The notes under the pieces are model-generated. The model was not told the DNA's origin. It worked only from the letters and a program-made list of their open reading frames with translations, and made no database searches. A program made the position numbers and the translations under genes. DNA of 64,000 nucleotides from Octopus vulgaris (taxonomy: Eukaryota), in assembly GCA_951406725.2 (NCBI GenBank), contig OX597833.1:36890001-36954000 (forward strand), given 5' to 3'. Positions 29,146 to 42,829 of this stretch are shown piece by piece (positions within the stretch are counted from its first letter, which is position 1; every line of letters begins with the position of its first letter).

Positions 29146-30327
29146 CCCACCATTGCAGGTGGTGCTCCATCTGTTGCAACGCTGACGAGTTTATTCAGTG
29201 GAACATCAGCATTTGTTAAGGTTCTGTGAAGCGCATTTTTAATGTCAACACCACGAGTTTTTTTTTTTAATGCCACTAAGTCCAACATCTCATCTTTCTC
29301 AGTTACATCAGAGGAAACAACGAATAAACATTGCCAGTTGTGGGTTGTCTTGTATATCTGTTGATTCGTCAAGAGCTAAACAGGATGCAAGAAAATTTTT
29401 GAAATCATTTTGCATTTTGCTTGCAACATCAGCAGTGATCTGAGAGATACACCTCTCTGTAGTATGACGTGAAACCGGTGTATGTGCTATCAGTCGCTGA
29501 AGTCTTGTGCTATTTGGATCTAACACGGCAACAACTTCAGCCATATTCTTCTTAATAAATTCGCCATCGGAATATGGGCGTTTAGCATTAGCAATATTCC
29601 GAAATATAACATAAATGGCTTCAGTCGTTGTATCACCTTCCTTACTGAACGTTGTCAACAGTGTCAGCTGGCTGAGCAGGCAGAAACGTTAGCACGCCGG
29701 GCGAAATGCGTAGCCGTATTTCGTCTGCCGTTACGTTCTGAGTTCAAATTCCGCCGAGGTCGACTTTGCCTTTCATCCTTTCGGGGTCGATTAAATAAGT
29801 ACTAGTTACGCACTGGAGTCGATGTGATCGACTTAATCTCTTTGTCTGTCCTTGTTTGTCCCCTCTATGTTTAGCCCCTTGTGGGCAGTAAAGAAATATA
29901 TTTACTGATGATTTTAACACAGTTAATTTGTTTTTCCTTAATTCTGATTTAGGTGGATAATCATACGAAAAGGTTTTGTGATTTGTTTCATAGTGGCGTT
30001 TGACTGAGTGACATATGGCAGATAAGGTACAAAAGTACCTTATTCATTCCCTCAGCACTAAAGAGCAATGCCTCATTCAGATCTAGCATTAAAATTGGGA
30101 TGTAAATTCTTAAACATTGTTATTAACCATGAACATATTAAACTTGTCTTTTAATCTAATGGGGTCTCATTTCATACCCAGTAAATAATTATAAAGCTTG
30201 AATTTTTTCTTATTTACCTTTTATATTAACTGCGATGAAGAAAGGAGCTCGGCCAACATATTTCCACAAGCTGTATATTAAAGGTCAAAGAGCCGCATGT
30301 GGCTCGCGAGCCGCGGTTTGGCCACCC

Positions 30328-30330
<3 letters not shown>
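29144..30330 (-). mobile_element. hAT (Charlie/SPIN/GTF2IRD2-like) transposon, 5' part only, interrupted by a SINE
   Basis: Terminus CAGGGGTGGCCAAACCGCGGCTCGCGAGCCACATGCGGCTC at 30330. Transposase fragments VKRHYETNH, KRPYSDGEFIK, SRHTTERCI, LALDESTDIQDNPQLAMFIR, SVATDGAPPAMVG. Truncated at the (TA)n tract near 29143. Confidence 0.88.
29670..29898 (+). mobile_element. SINE family A inserted in the hAT transposase
   Basis: Full head, core and tail match to 46768-46999; splits the transposase frame. Confidence 0.88.
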
Positions 30331-30365
<35 letters not shown>

Positions 30366-30390
30366 TATGTGTGTGTGAATATGTATATAG

Positions 30391-30615
30391 ATACATGCAT
30401 ACATACATACATACATACATACATACATACATACATGCATACATGCATACATGCATACATACATACATACATACATACATACATACATACATACATACAT
30501 ACACACATGCATACATACATACATACATACATACATACATACATACATACATACATACATACATACATACATACATACATACATACATGCATACATACAT
30601 ACATACATACATACA
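30391..30615. repeat. (CATA)n microsatellite
   Basis: Direct reading. Confidence 0.95.
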
Positions 30616-31049
30616 TTGGAGAGATCTGAATATACATTGTAATGAAACTACTAAACGGAAGTAATCTAGATGGAAAATAAAACTTGAAAAAGGTATCAAC
30701 AATTTGTGCCGCCATATTGGATGGTTAACCACGATAATAAAATGTAAGAGGAATAATGAGTTTACACCTCATCAATTACATCTTATGAATAAATTAACAA
30801 GACTCTATGGTGACTTTACACACCAAACTCTTGCGGGAATGTTAATTATGCGAAAACACGAATTCAGGGCGCTGAGCAAAAATTTTTGCAACCACAGGCA
30901 AATTTTTGAATGAGAGTGTATAATTCACAGGTTTTGCTTCTAACCCACAGACATTGTACAAAGAGATGAAGAAGGAAAATATTACCATCAAGGAAACTTG
31001 ATACAAAATAGAAAACAGGTTTCCCACATTCACTTCTGCTTCCGGACCC

Positions 31050-31600
31050 TTATTCTCTTAGCAATCTGGTTCGTTTAGGTAGTGATATCTGCGGTTTGTT
31101 GGCTTTAACTCCGTACAGGTCCGGTAAGGACTTTGCTGTTCCTCCTCTTGTTCCTGTGCCCCTAGACATCCGGTTAAAATGTGTTTCAGGATGCAAAGAA
31201 TTACCCCGCTCTACAAGCAAAATTAGTTTTCATCCTTACCCCAGATTTAAAGTTGTTTGGGTTGACAAGAGGTCAGCTACAGCACGCAGGAGGATGTCGC
31301 CCTAGAGTTCTTCCACACCAGCAGTCGTTGAAGTGCCTGAATCTGCTGTTTCCACTGTCCCTGGCAGACGAATCCTACCAGTTTTTACACGGTGAACTTC
31401 ATTTATTGTCTCTCAGATTCTCGGCACTATGAGCCATTTCCTCGCCTCTAGCAATCGTATTACTTAACTTCTTGGGTATGTAGTTGCCATATCCTAGCCT
31501 TCCATAACAAATCACACCAAAGACCTCCTGGGTTCAGCATGTTTCAGCTTCCTTCGCGATCCCCTAGTCTTCTGCTTCCTACCCCCTGTAGCCATCTCGG
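31050..31600 (-). pseudogene. Decayed RLE-type (HERO-like) non-LTR retrotransposon fragment, zinc-knuckle region
   Basis: Minus-strand fragments in the expected order: QGQWKQ (31364-31347), ILLRAVADLLSTQTTLNLG (about 31296-31241), ILKHILTGC (31192-31166). Confidence 0.55.
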
Positions 31601-31866
31601 CTTACCTGACTCTCTCATTTTCTATTGCGGTGTACTACTGCGTACTGTTTTTATCACCACCAAGGAACGTGGCGGGCCCTGAGTCCAGAGGAGAAGATGG
31701 CTGCATGATTACGTATAGAATTCAACCCAGTGAAATGTTGAAGTTTGACTATCTTTAGCACTCAGGTCTCTGAGATCCCAATATTTCAAAAGAAAGGAAT
31801 CTAGTGCTTAGGAAGAATGCTGCATACCTGCAACAAGCGCACGCGAGCATGAGCATACACACGCAC

Positions 31867-31899
<33 letters not shown>

Positions 31900-32422
31900 T
31901 GTATGTATGTATGTATGTATGTATGTATGTATGTATGTATGCATGTATGTATGTGTGTGTGTGTATGTACGTATGCATGAATACACGTACCTTAAGTCTG
32001 TGTAAGATGCATAGGCGTGTTTGCAAGAATCGAAAACGTGAAAGAGGGACAAGAAAATTATCTCAGAGAGAACAAATCTATTAAGAAAAGGCACTCAGTG
32101 AGTAGCTCAGAATATATTACGTGATCAATTTGAAAGCACAGCTGATACACTAAATCTTACATTGTTTCTAATAATATTTACAGCCCGATGTTTATCTATA
32201 AATAATAGGGAAAATAAATTAAAACATTGGCTTATTGCTCACAGGGTTAGTTTTAGCACCATAAATTTCGTGCGTTCGTGTGTACTTTTGCGTTGTTGCG
32301 CCTCGGTATTTTGTCAAATATGCTATCCAACACACACTCCTCACCAATTATTGCATCTCACGAATGAGCACTGAACAAACAGGTCGGCTGGGAAGTTATA
32401 ATTGTTATACATATATATTTTA

Positions 32423-32990
32423 TCTTTTACTTGTTTCTGCCATTGAACTGCGAACAATACAGGGGCGCCGTCTTGGATTTTAGTCGAACGATTCGGCACC
32501 ACAAGATTTTCTTTTGTTGTTTTTTTCTTCAAGCTTGGTATTTATTCTATCAGTCTTGTTTGCTGAACCGCTAGTTACGGGGGCCATAAAAATACTAGCA
32601 TCGGTTGTCAAGCAGTAGTTAAGGACAAAGCATAACACAAAGGCACACATAGACACCCACACGCCCCATATATATATATATACACACACACATATTCTAG
32701 CATTGCACCCCGGCGTTGCCCGGGTGTTGTGACCCACAGCCACATGGCTGTTACTTTCTTATGGGCAGAATCGGCACGCGAAGAGTGTGAAGCAAACAAC
32801 TTCTCTATAAACATGTTTTCGGTCATTTTCTAATGAACAACGCTGCAGTTTCCGCCAACCAAATTCAGTCACAAGTCTGTGGTTGGCCTAGGGCTATAGT
32901 AGAAACTTGTTCAAGGTACCATGCAGAGAGACTGAACGTAGAACCATGCGGTTACGAAGCAAATTGCTCAAGCACACAGTCATTCTTGCA
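32423..32990 (-). mobile_element. Decayed SINE family B carrying a Helitron-like insert
   Basis: 3' part at 32423-32660 and head at 32830-32990. Confidence 0.7.
32697..32830 (-). mobile_element. Helitron-like 3' terminus inserted inside a SINE
   Basis: Minus strand ends CACCCGGGCAACGCCGGGGTG-CAATG-CTAG: a GC hairpin just upstream of a terminal CTAG. Confidence 0.5.
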
Positions 32991-34151
32991 CATAATATAT
33001 GTGTGTGTGTGAGTGATTACATTTGTTGTTAAATCGAGTATTGTGCCCCACTAAGTCTAAAAGTTCATCAAGCAGAGATCAATAAAATAAATGCCAGATT
33101 GAAATACGTACTGAAGTTAGTATGATCAATTAAATTTTTGGAGGTGATACCTCATCATGGCGACAGTCGAAAGACTAAACCAAGTAAAATAATGTTTAAA
33201 GATTTAATTGCTTCAAATTTAAGGGAATGGATTACAAACCACAAGAAAATGAGTTCAAAACTTCGTATTGAACTTCCACTCTATACGATAACATTATGTA
33301 CATCTCAGTCAACTTGACTTCCGCCTATTAACAATTGAAATTTGAAGTTGAATGGTGAGCAGTAAGAAAGGCGTCCATATTTCTTTAAAAATTGTGAAAA
33401 ATATTCTGGGAAAATATACTTTTTTCACCACACCAAAACACACATACACACACGCGCACGTACGCACGCACGCACGCATACACACACACATGTGTGTTTC
33501 TGTGGTAACTTGAGCTACTACAAATAGCAGCCAAATCTCTCTTTAAAATAATCCTTTCATAAAAAAAAAACACAAAGTTACAGTATTTCAGAAAGAAAAA
33601 AAGTCTGCTACATCAGAGGCAACTCTGAGCTAAATATAACACAAACATACTTCACATTAAAATATTGTCTACTAAATAACAGTAACAAAGTTGATGGTAT
33701 ATCTTCGAAGTTTCATTCCCTGGTGGTAAAACTCCATGTATTTTAAACATCTTTTCATTATGCTCTAAGACGTAAAATTTGTTCAAGCAGAGTAGCTTCC
33801 CTTAACTAAAGACCTCAAAGTTGTGCGACCCGACCTCGTTTTCGAGGTTATTTTTGTAGTAAAAAAGAGTTGCTGTGCAAAAAACATACTTTATTTGGTA
33901 GCTGAAAGATTACTAAATGTTTTGGTACCTAATAGGTCAAAATCAGCATCTCAGTTTTCGAATCCATAAGGAACATACGCACACACACACACACACACAC
34001 ACGAACTTTGTTTATTATATAACATATGTACATATATATATATATGATACACTCCTTGTGCACGTCCTTTTGTTGTCCGTTAATTCTATTATTCGTTTTT
34101 TTAAATTGATTGTTTATTTGAATTGACTATATATATATATATATAATATAT

Positions 34152-34502
34152 GGCGCAGACGTGGCAATGTAGTAAGAAGTTTTCTTCCCAACCACATGGT
34201 CCCGGCTTCAGTCCCATTGTGTGACACTTTGAGCAAGTGTCTTCTACTACAGCCTCGGGCTGACCAAAACCTTGTGAGTGGATTTGTTAGACGGAAACTG
34301 AAACAAGCCTGCCGTGTATATATATGCATATATATATTTGTAAGTGTGCCTTTGCGTCTGTGTTTGCCCCTCACCCCAACCATTACTCGATAACAGATGT
34401 TGGTGTGCTTATATCAACGAAAATTAGCGGTTCGGCAAATGAGTTGATAGAATAAATACAAGACTTACAAAGAATAAGTTCTGGGGTCGATTTCTTCGAC
34501 TG
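34152..34502 (+). mobile_element. SINE family B
   Basis: Match to family B head, core and 3' region. Confidence 0.8.
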
Positions 34503-34533
34503 ACAGATACGTGCAAAAGAGTAATATATATAT

Positions 34534-34750
34534 CCTTTTTTGTCCTTTTAATTCTTTCAGTCATTTTTGACTGTAGCCTTGCTGGGGCACCGCCTTGAAA
34601 TGTTTTAGCCAAACAAATCGACCTCAGAACTTACTTTTTAAAGCCTGGTTCTTAATATATCGGAATTTCTTGCTGAACCGCTAAGTTACGGGTACGTAAA
34701 TACACGAACACCGGTTTCAAGCAGTAATGGGGGGGGGCACTGACACAAAG

Positions 34751-34804
<54 letters not shown>

Positions 34805-34960
34805 GACGGGCTTCTTTCAGTTTTCGTCGACCCAATCCACTCACAAGACTTTCTTTGGTCGACATGAGGCTACAGTAAAAGACACTTTCCTAAGGTGTCA
34901 CGCAGTGGTATTGAATCCAGAACCATGTAGTTGGAAAGAAAAGTTCTTACCACACAGCCA
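34534..34960 (-). mobile_element. SINE family B, tail-to-tail with the previous copy
   Basis: Reverse-complement match to the whole family B sequence. Confidence 0.8.
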
Positions 34961-35304
34961 CAAGGATGAAGAATCAAACTGCTAAAGAGACAGACAGACA
35001 GAGATTTAATAGAAAGTTGTAGTGAATAAATAGAGAGTAACGTTATATCAGCAAGTCGTATTGTGTCAGCAGCAAGAACGGAATGTACAGTTAGATAGCG
35101 GTAAAGTACATTTTCCTTTCCCTTACTCAACCAAGTGTTTTTTTTTTTTTCTAATTCACACACGCCATACATCAAGTGTGTGCATACTAATGTTAGATGT
35201 GTATGTATTTGTGCGTGTATACCTGTGTACGTGTTCCCATATACGTTTGTATGCATGTTTGAATTTCTCTTACGCACAGTTTTCTTACAAATGAATAAAT
35301 AAAT

Positions 35305-35375
<71 letters not shown>

Positions 35376-35431
35376 AACGTGTGTGTGCCTGAGTGGTGCG
35401 CGTGTGTGCTATGTGTGTAAGTGTGTGTGCT

Positions 35432-35510
<79 letters not shown>

Positions 35511-35954
35511 CATGCAGGTATGGCTCTGCAAGTAAGAACCGCGCTTTACAACCACTTGGTTTGGGGCTCAACCATACTGCGCCTTATCTTGGACAAATGT
35601 CTTCTCGTATAGCCCCTAGATGACCAGTGAGAGTGTAATTGGTAGGCGGAAACACACATACATACATAAATAAATACATACATACACATATGCATACATA
35701 CATATATACATACGTACGTACGTACGTACGTACATACATACATACATACATACATACATACATACATACATACATACATGTAAACATGTACAACGTTTGC
35801 GAGGGTATATTTTGTCCGAAGAAGTTCAAGAGGAATTTACTGCGATTTTAATCCGTACATTATGAAAAACACACACACACACACACACACATGCACACAC
35901 ACACACTCGTACACAAATACACACGCGCGCGCATACGCCTTTATTTGCATGTGT

Positions 35955-36215
35955 TTGTATGTATGTATGCATGTATGCATGTATGTATGTATGTATGTAT
36001 GTATGCATGTATGTATGTATGCATGTATGCATGTATGTATGTATGTATGTATGTATGCATGTATGCATGTATGTATGTATGCATGTATGTATGTATGTAT
36101 GTATGTATGTATGTATGTATGTATGTATGTATGTATGTATGTATGTATGTATGAATGTATGTATGTATGTATGTATGTATGTATGTATGTATGTATGCAT
36201 GTATGTATGTATGTA
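35955..36215. repeat. (TATG)n microsatellite
   Basis: Direct reading. Confidence 0.95.
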
Positions 36216-36549
36216 GCAAAACAGGAATAGAATGCACGTATTTAACAAACACATAGACGACAAGCTAATACGGAAGTCTATAGGGCTACTCGACTAGCTA
36301 GAACAAACAACCGAATATCACACTACGACTTTCTTAAAAATGAAAGGGCACATTCGATAATGTTCTTGTCATCCCTACAGGATGATAACTATATGTAAAC
36401 AGTATTATCTTTATATATAAATATTTAAATTATAACGCATTCACTTCTTTTTTCTTTCTAGATTTTTTCAGCCGTCCTCTTCTTTTTCCATCAAGTATCC
36501 AACACGTTATCTTTGGATCCCTTTTTCACCTTTGTTGTTGTAGTTGTGC

Positions 36550-36560
36550 TGTCGTCGTCG

Positions 36561-36598
<38 letters not shown>

Positions 36599-36681
36599 CT
36601 TCTTCTTCTTCTTCTTCTTCTTCTTCTTCTTCTTCTTCTTCTTCTTCTTCTTCTTCTTCTTCTTCTTCTTCTTCTTCTTCT
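36550..36681. repeat. (GTC)n(TTG)n(TTC)n compound microsatellite
   Basis: Direct reading. Confidence 0.95.
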
Positions 36682-36768
36682 GACCTGACAGTGCTTATTG
36701 CAACAAAGCAAGAAACAACACACCTACGTATTTCTGTGCGTATCGAGGGTGTGTGCAGGGTTATGTAT

Positions 36769-36803
<35 letters not shown>

Positions 36804-36865
36804 CCCTTAAATAAATGGAAATATGTAAATGAGAGCTGGGTGTATTGTGTGTTTATATATATATA

Positions 36866-37197
36866 AACATCCGCCCAAAACAAAAATCGCACTCTCATCG
36901 CATAACAACAATACGGCACAATTATTTCACCTCAATTGGCCCCGCTCTCTTTAACATTACACCAAAACACATTAAAAAAGAAACTGACCCTATAGGGTTC
37001 AAGAAGTCTTTGGACAGATTCCTTCAAGAAATCCCGGATAAACCCCCTACACCCGGATATGTCTCTGTAAACAATAACTCTCTACTTGAGTGCCCAAATT
37101 CTGACTTGAAAGACTTCACCAGGTGGTGCTATTAAGTTAGACATGGCCTGGGCCAATAATGGCCGAAACCTATCAAAGTATCAAAGTATCAAAGTAT
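36866..37197 (+). mobile_element. CR1-group LINE 3' end (5'-truncated)
   Basis: ORF2 C-terminus RHNYFTSIGPALFNITPKHIKK..FKKSLDRFLQEIPDKP, short 3' UTR with a GGCC..GGCC stem, and a (TATCAAAG)3 tail. Confidence 0.8.
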
Positions 37198-37485
37198 ATA
37201 TATATATATATTGTATACAAAGTTATTGCTAATATATATGTGTGTGTATGTATAGATATTATATACAAGTATGTTTGTGTATATGTTTCAGTGAGTGTGT
37301 GAATGCATGTATATTATATGTTACTACAATATATACATATAAATATCATATATACATATATGTATATACATATATATATATGTACATACATACATGCATA
37401 TATATAATATATATATACACAAATATATATAATATATATTCATATAAGTATATATGTGTATATGTATACATTATATACACACGCA

Positions 37486-37516
<31 letters not shown>

Positions 37517-37548
37517 GCATATATATTTAATGATATAGGTGTGGATGT

Positions 37549-37753
37549 ATGGGGGTGGAGGTGTGCGTAATTCTTTTGTCTGTCCGTTTTTTTTTTTTTG
37601 TTCTCTCTGCATTTTTTTCCTCTCAATACTTCCTGTCGAAGAGCGTTAGCTCGAAACGTCAAGACCTTTCCATTCTCTCCGAGTGTTAAACTAATGCACC
37701 TGCTTGTTGTTCTCTTACCTGTCTTCGTTTATTGTTTTCTGTAAATTTGAACT
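37549..37753 (+). mobile_element. Related HHR cassette (sister subfamily) in TA-rich microsatellite
   Basis: CTGTCGAA-GAGC.GTTA.GCTC-GAAACGTC-AAG at 37633-37663, same overall layout and T-rich 3' end, followed by (TA)n. Confidence 0.6.
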
Positions 37754-37786
37754 GTATATATATATATATATATATAGTATATATAG

Positions 37787-37953
37787 GTGTAAGAGTGGAT
37801 GTGTGGTAAGAAGCTTGCTTTCCAACTACATGCTTCCGGGTTCAATCCCACTGTGTGGCATCTTGGGCAAGTGACCTCTGCTATAGCCTCGTGGCGACCA
37901 AAGCCTTGTGAGTGGATTTGGTAGATGGAAACTGAAAGTAGCCTGTCATATAT

Positions 37954-38000
<47 letters not shown>

Positions 38001-38262
38001 TATATATATATATATATATATACATATGTATGTATGTACGTGTGCATGTATTTGTGTGTCTGTGTTTGTCCCCCACCATCGCTTGACAACCGATGTTGGT
38101 GTATTTACGTCCCTGTAACTTAACGGTTCGGCAATAGTGACCGATAAAATAAGTACTAGGCCTACAAAGAATAATTCCTGGTGTCGATTTGAACGACTAA
38201 AGGTGGTGCTCCAGCATGGCTGCAGTCAAATGACTGAAACAAATAAAGAAAAAATAAAAGAA
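37787..38262 (+). mobile_element. SINE family B
   Basis: Full-length match with an expanded internal (TA)n. Confidence 0.85.
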
Positions 38263-38819
38263 AAAATATATGGATATATATATTTATACACACAAATGTT
38301 CACATATGTACTTGATATAAATATACGCATACATATTGTGTGCGTGTGTGTGTGTGTGTGTGCGCACACACACACACAAACAGACACACACACTACGCAG
38401 GCACATACTTTGGATATGATAAAAGACCAACACCAAGCTTATAAATTTTCTTCAGACAAAAGACAGTTGTACTTCACAAGAAAGGAACCTATTTCCTTCA
38501 GAAAGGAACCTACTTCAAAGTCGACAGTACGACATTCCTTCCACAATGAGAAACGACCAGTAAATTTTTCCCCCGTAACACGGCAACGGAACGAATTTCG
38601 AAAACACGTTAAAAAACAAAAAATGAAACACCCTGTAAACTACAGCAAGAGGAGATATATTAACAACATTCACCGACATAATTGTAACATCCGTTTTTTT
38701 TTTAGAATCTGTCCACGGGACGAGAGATACTTGTTGGTTCCAAAGAAATAGAAGAAGCCAAAAGTTATGAAAATTATAAATTTTTGCAAGGAAAATATTA
38801 ACGGCACAGCAAATTAGTG

Positions 38820-39430
38820 TACTCTCCTCTAAGGATTCAATTTTACACTAACACCTCGAAGATTTAATGAAATGAAAGATGACACTTTATAATTCGACAG
38901 AACATACGGCAGAAATAACGATGACGAACCGGTGGTAAGAGGCAGCAGTAATTTTACTCCAGCAAAAATTATGTAAGAAACCGTTACGAATTTCTGTGAA
39001 TACATTTAAAATTAGCCATATGAACACACACAAACAAAAACCGAAATCAATTTCGGCAAGAGTGAAAGGGAAAACATAAGCATATTTTTAAAAATTACAT
39101 AGAAATAACAATTAAAGAGGCCGATAAAGGAACTACAGTCATCCTGATGGATACAGAATACCATAAAAATTTTGTTATCTGTATTTTAAGGCAATACACA
39201 ATATGAACACTACAATCACCCAAAAAAAAAAAAATTAAAAGCTTAAAAATATTGATAAACTTACACCATAAAGGACACAATGATAAAAATTACGATTATA
39301 TTATCAACTTTAACAGTAAATCTAACAACTTCTGTGAAAAACCGAAAGTTGACAAAACTGAAACAAAGAAGACAACTCACTCTTTTGCAAATTTAATTAA
39401 GGGTTACCTAAAGATTACGATATACCACAA
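38820..39430 (+). pseudogene. Decayed Penelope-like element, N-terminal/pre-RT region (different clade from the 26.7-kb element)
   Basis: Frameshifted fragments KGFNFTLTP (about 38830), EITIKEADKGTTVILMDTEY (39102-39161) and NNFCEKPKVDK (about 39325-39357) match the PLE motifs KGLxFxPTP, IKxADKG and FYGLPKxHK. Confidence 0.7.
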
Positions 39431-39833
39431 ATAACTACAAAAATATGGTAACTTTTTCTTTGAATGTATACAAGAAAACTAGAAAACCTACCTCGTCGAT
39501 TACTTCATTTAATGGAACGAAAGGACACCAACAACCAGTACCGTCTGAATTTTATGGCAAGCATGTGAGCTTTCAAAACTATAATCATCAAATACTTATT
39601 TCATTTAATTCATGTTCTCTTTTCTTATTCCACGACTAAATTGTCATATACAATTGAAACCGGTAGCATATTTTGATAGAAGTTTAAATATTTTCCTCAT
39701 TTTATTCATCATAAAGTTCTCAAAGTATTTTCTCTTTTTAATATATATTTACTCGTGTCAAACCTCATAATCTTTTAAATATATATATTCATCAAAATGA
39801 AGTTATCACCCCCCCCATTTATATATATATATG

Positions 39834-39882
<49 letters not shown>

Positions 39883-40967
39883 CAGTTGCGATCTTGGAAT
39901 TGCGACCATACCAGAGCAGTACCTTGAAAAGTTTTAGTCGGAAAAACTGTCCCTACTCTTTACTTTAACTTTAGTACTTCTCTTATCGATCACATTTTCT
40001 GAACTTTTTAATCACGTGGACATAAATAAACATAGGTGATCAAGTGGTGAGGGAGCGGACCTACATACACATGCATACATACACACACAAACATGTGCGC
40101 GCACACACATATCTATACATACACAAATATAAAATTTTAAATACCTTTTAGGCAGAATGCCTAGCTACCTACCAGATTGTGTATGTGCAGATAATATAAT
40201 AACATAAAAATAATGGCATTGATTACAACAGCCATCCATAAAATTGGTGCTTTTCGAAAATCTAAAATTCGTTATTAATCAGCCGGAGCGTGTGTCTCAT
40301 ATGTTAAAAATCATGTTAATCTGTAGAACATCAGAAAAAGCCCTTTGAAATATTTTGTTCAATTCTCGCCGAGGTCAACTTCTTTCATCCATCCTGCGGG
40401 ATTAATAAACTGAAGTACCAGCTGAGAACTGGATTCCATTTAATCCATTAACAACTCCCCACATTTATTCCTTTGTTAAAAATGTTTAGAGTTAAATCAT
40501 TTTCTACAAAATTGTCTTCAATATTACGCCATAAGGAAGTCGTAACTCTCTTTCAGTATTTTCTCTTTAAAACAAGTAGCGTTTAATTGATGAGACGAGT
40601 CTATACAAATGAGAAAAAGTAACACATGATTTACATACTCAAACATCTGTGCACATTTGCATGTAACACTCACACACGTGTATGCCTGTGTGAGTATTAC
40701 ATGCGAATGCGCATGGATGCTTGTATGTGTATGTGCATGTATGAGGACGAATCAGAGCTGAATGATTAAAAGATTCACTTCGCAATCGGGAGATCTCGGA
40801 CTTGATGTCACTGCTTGGCGCTTAAAATTTTGTCTTATACAATAGTCTCATGTCGTAGAATATGAGTTAACGGAAACTGGGTTAATGTGTATGAGTGTGT
40901 ATGTGCGTGTGCGTGCGTTCGTGTGTGTATGTACGCGCGCGCATGTGTGTGTGTGTATATATATATA

Positions 40968-42204
40968 CAGGAGTTGAACAGAATAATGGAAACACCTTAA
41001 AATTTCAAACACATTTACTTTAATATGGGGTAGGACCGCCTTTGGCAGTAATTACAGCTTGAATTCTACGATGTATGGACTCGTACAAAGTTTGAATTTG
41101 TGTCCATTCTTCAGCTAAAACTGTCTCCAGTTCTTGTAGTGATGATGGTGGGGATATCGACTCCTTACTTGTTTTTCTAAAATGCACCATAAATGTTCAA
41201 TAATATTGAGGTCTGGGGACTGTGGTGGCCAGATAAGATGTTCAACTTCATTAGAATGTTCCTCATGCAATTCAGTAACAAGTTTAGCTGTGTGAATTGG
41301 TGCATTATTATCACGAAAGATTGCGTTTCTCTCCAGAAACAGTTCCGTAGCCATAGGATGAATTTGATCAGATAAAATGCTGAAATAGTTTTGACTATTT
41401 ATTCTGCCATGAAGGGAAACCATTGGGCCGGCAGATTTCCAAGATATAGCCCACCCCCACCCCCGATCATCACATGTCCTCCTCCGTGTTTAACAGTTGG
41501 AAGAAGGCAGTTTGGGTCAAATGCTTCTTTTGGCTGTCTCCACACGTATATTCGGCTGGCGGTCGGAAATAAGGTGAAGGATGACTCGTCCGAGAAAATA
41601 GCATTCTTCCACTGCCCTAGGGACCAATTATATAGGTTTTTACTCCGCTCTAAACACTTTGCAAAGTTTGTTTTGGAAAGTAGTGGTTTTCTGATTGCAG
41701 CCCTCCCGTGGAATCCGGCTTTGTTCAGCTCCCGATGAACAGTTTTTATGGAAACAGGGTTCTCGAAGTGGTCATTAAGCTCTGCAGAAATTTTGGGAGC
41801 TGAACTTTTGTGATCCTTTCTAATGATTCGCTTAAGAGTCCGACGGTCCCGATCTGAAAATTTTGGTTTTCTTCCGGAGTTTTATTTCGTCGAGGAGGTT
41901 TTTCCCTCTTTCTCAAAGGCTGTCATTACTTTCGAGACAGTACTACTTGATACAGCAAACATTTTGGCTGTTTTCATTATGCCAGCATCGGCCATACGAT
42001 TACCAACAATTTTACCTCTTTGAAAGTCCGATAGATCTGTCATTTTAATGAATTTTAATTACATTTTTCTGATGATATCTGAAAAGAAACATCAATTTTA
42101 GCAAAAGATATTAAGCAGCACTAATAATAAATCAAAAATCATATAAAATAAACTATCTTTTGACGCTTTTATAGATATTTCAAAATTATTTTGTCCAACC
42201 CCTG
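40968..42204 (-). mobile_element. Tc1-family DNA transposon, both TIRs present, defective
   Basis: TIRs CAGGAGTTGAACAGAATAAT / ATTATTTTGTCCAACCCCTG, flanked by TA. Internal transposase on the minus strand. Confidence 0.92.
41100..42043 (-). pseudogene. Tc1 DD34E-type transposase pseudogene
   Basis: MTDLSDFQRGKIVG..., SGRKPK, RKPLLS, IFSDES, TVKHGGG, FRDNNAPIH, WPPQSPDLNIIEHLW. Premature TAA near 41882 and a frameshift in the C-run near 41455. Confidence 0.9.
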
Positions 42205-42461
42205 TATATATTGACAATATTAAAAATAAGGATTACTCTGAAGTAGCAATAGCATTACTTTTAATTTTGTAATTAAATACCATCTTTTAAGACCAACACA
42301 TGTTTCAATTGCACCGATTAGTAATCGTTGCAATTACAACCCTACTATAAAATGGTGCAGTCTCTTCAGGGTCTGAGCTTGATATCCCTCGGTGTGGCCA
42401 TTTAATGATTTTCTTTAATGAACACACAAAACACATATATGCATGCACGTACGCACACGCA

Positions 42462-42528
<67 letters not shown>

Positions 42529-42829
42529 CTTTGTGCATTTACAGTAATAAAGTACGATGCATTTTTTCCCGCTGATATGCTTCTTTCGTACTCGCGATAT
42601 TATGTTCTTTTGTTCGAAATATTTGTTGATACGTGTGTGTATGCGAAGCTGCATGTTATAAGTGTGTGTGCTTGTGTGAGTATACGTGTGTGTGTGTATT
42701 CGTGTGCGTATGTGTGTGTGTGTGTGTATTTTCACGCGTATGTAGTATTATAACAAATAATTCGTAACTTCCTGAGTATTTGAGTATCTTTAATTTAAAA
42801 TGCCTTACCTGGACCAATTATGGTGTTCC

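Noticed and set aside
34870-35571. 233-aa ORF
   Set aside because: A chimera of SINE sequence and microsatellites.
38137-38751. 204-aa ORF
   Set aside because: It runs through a SINE tail, CA repeats and the decayed upstream part of a PLE; not a coherent gene.
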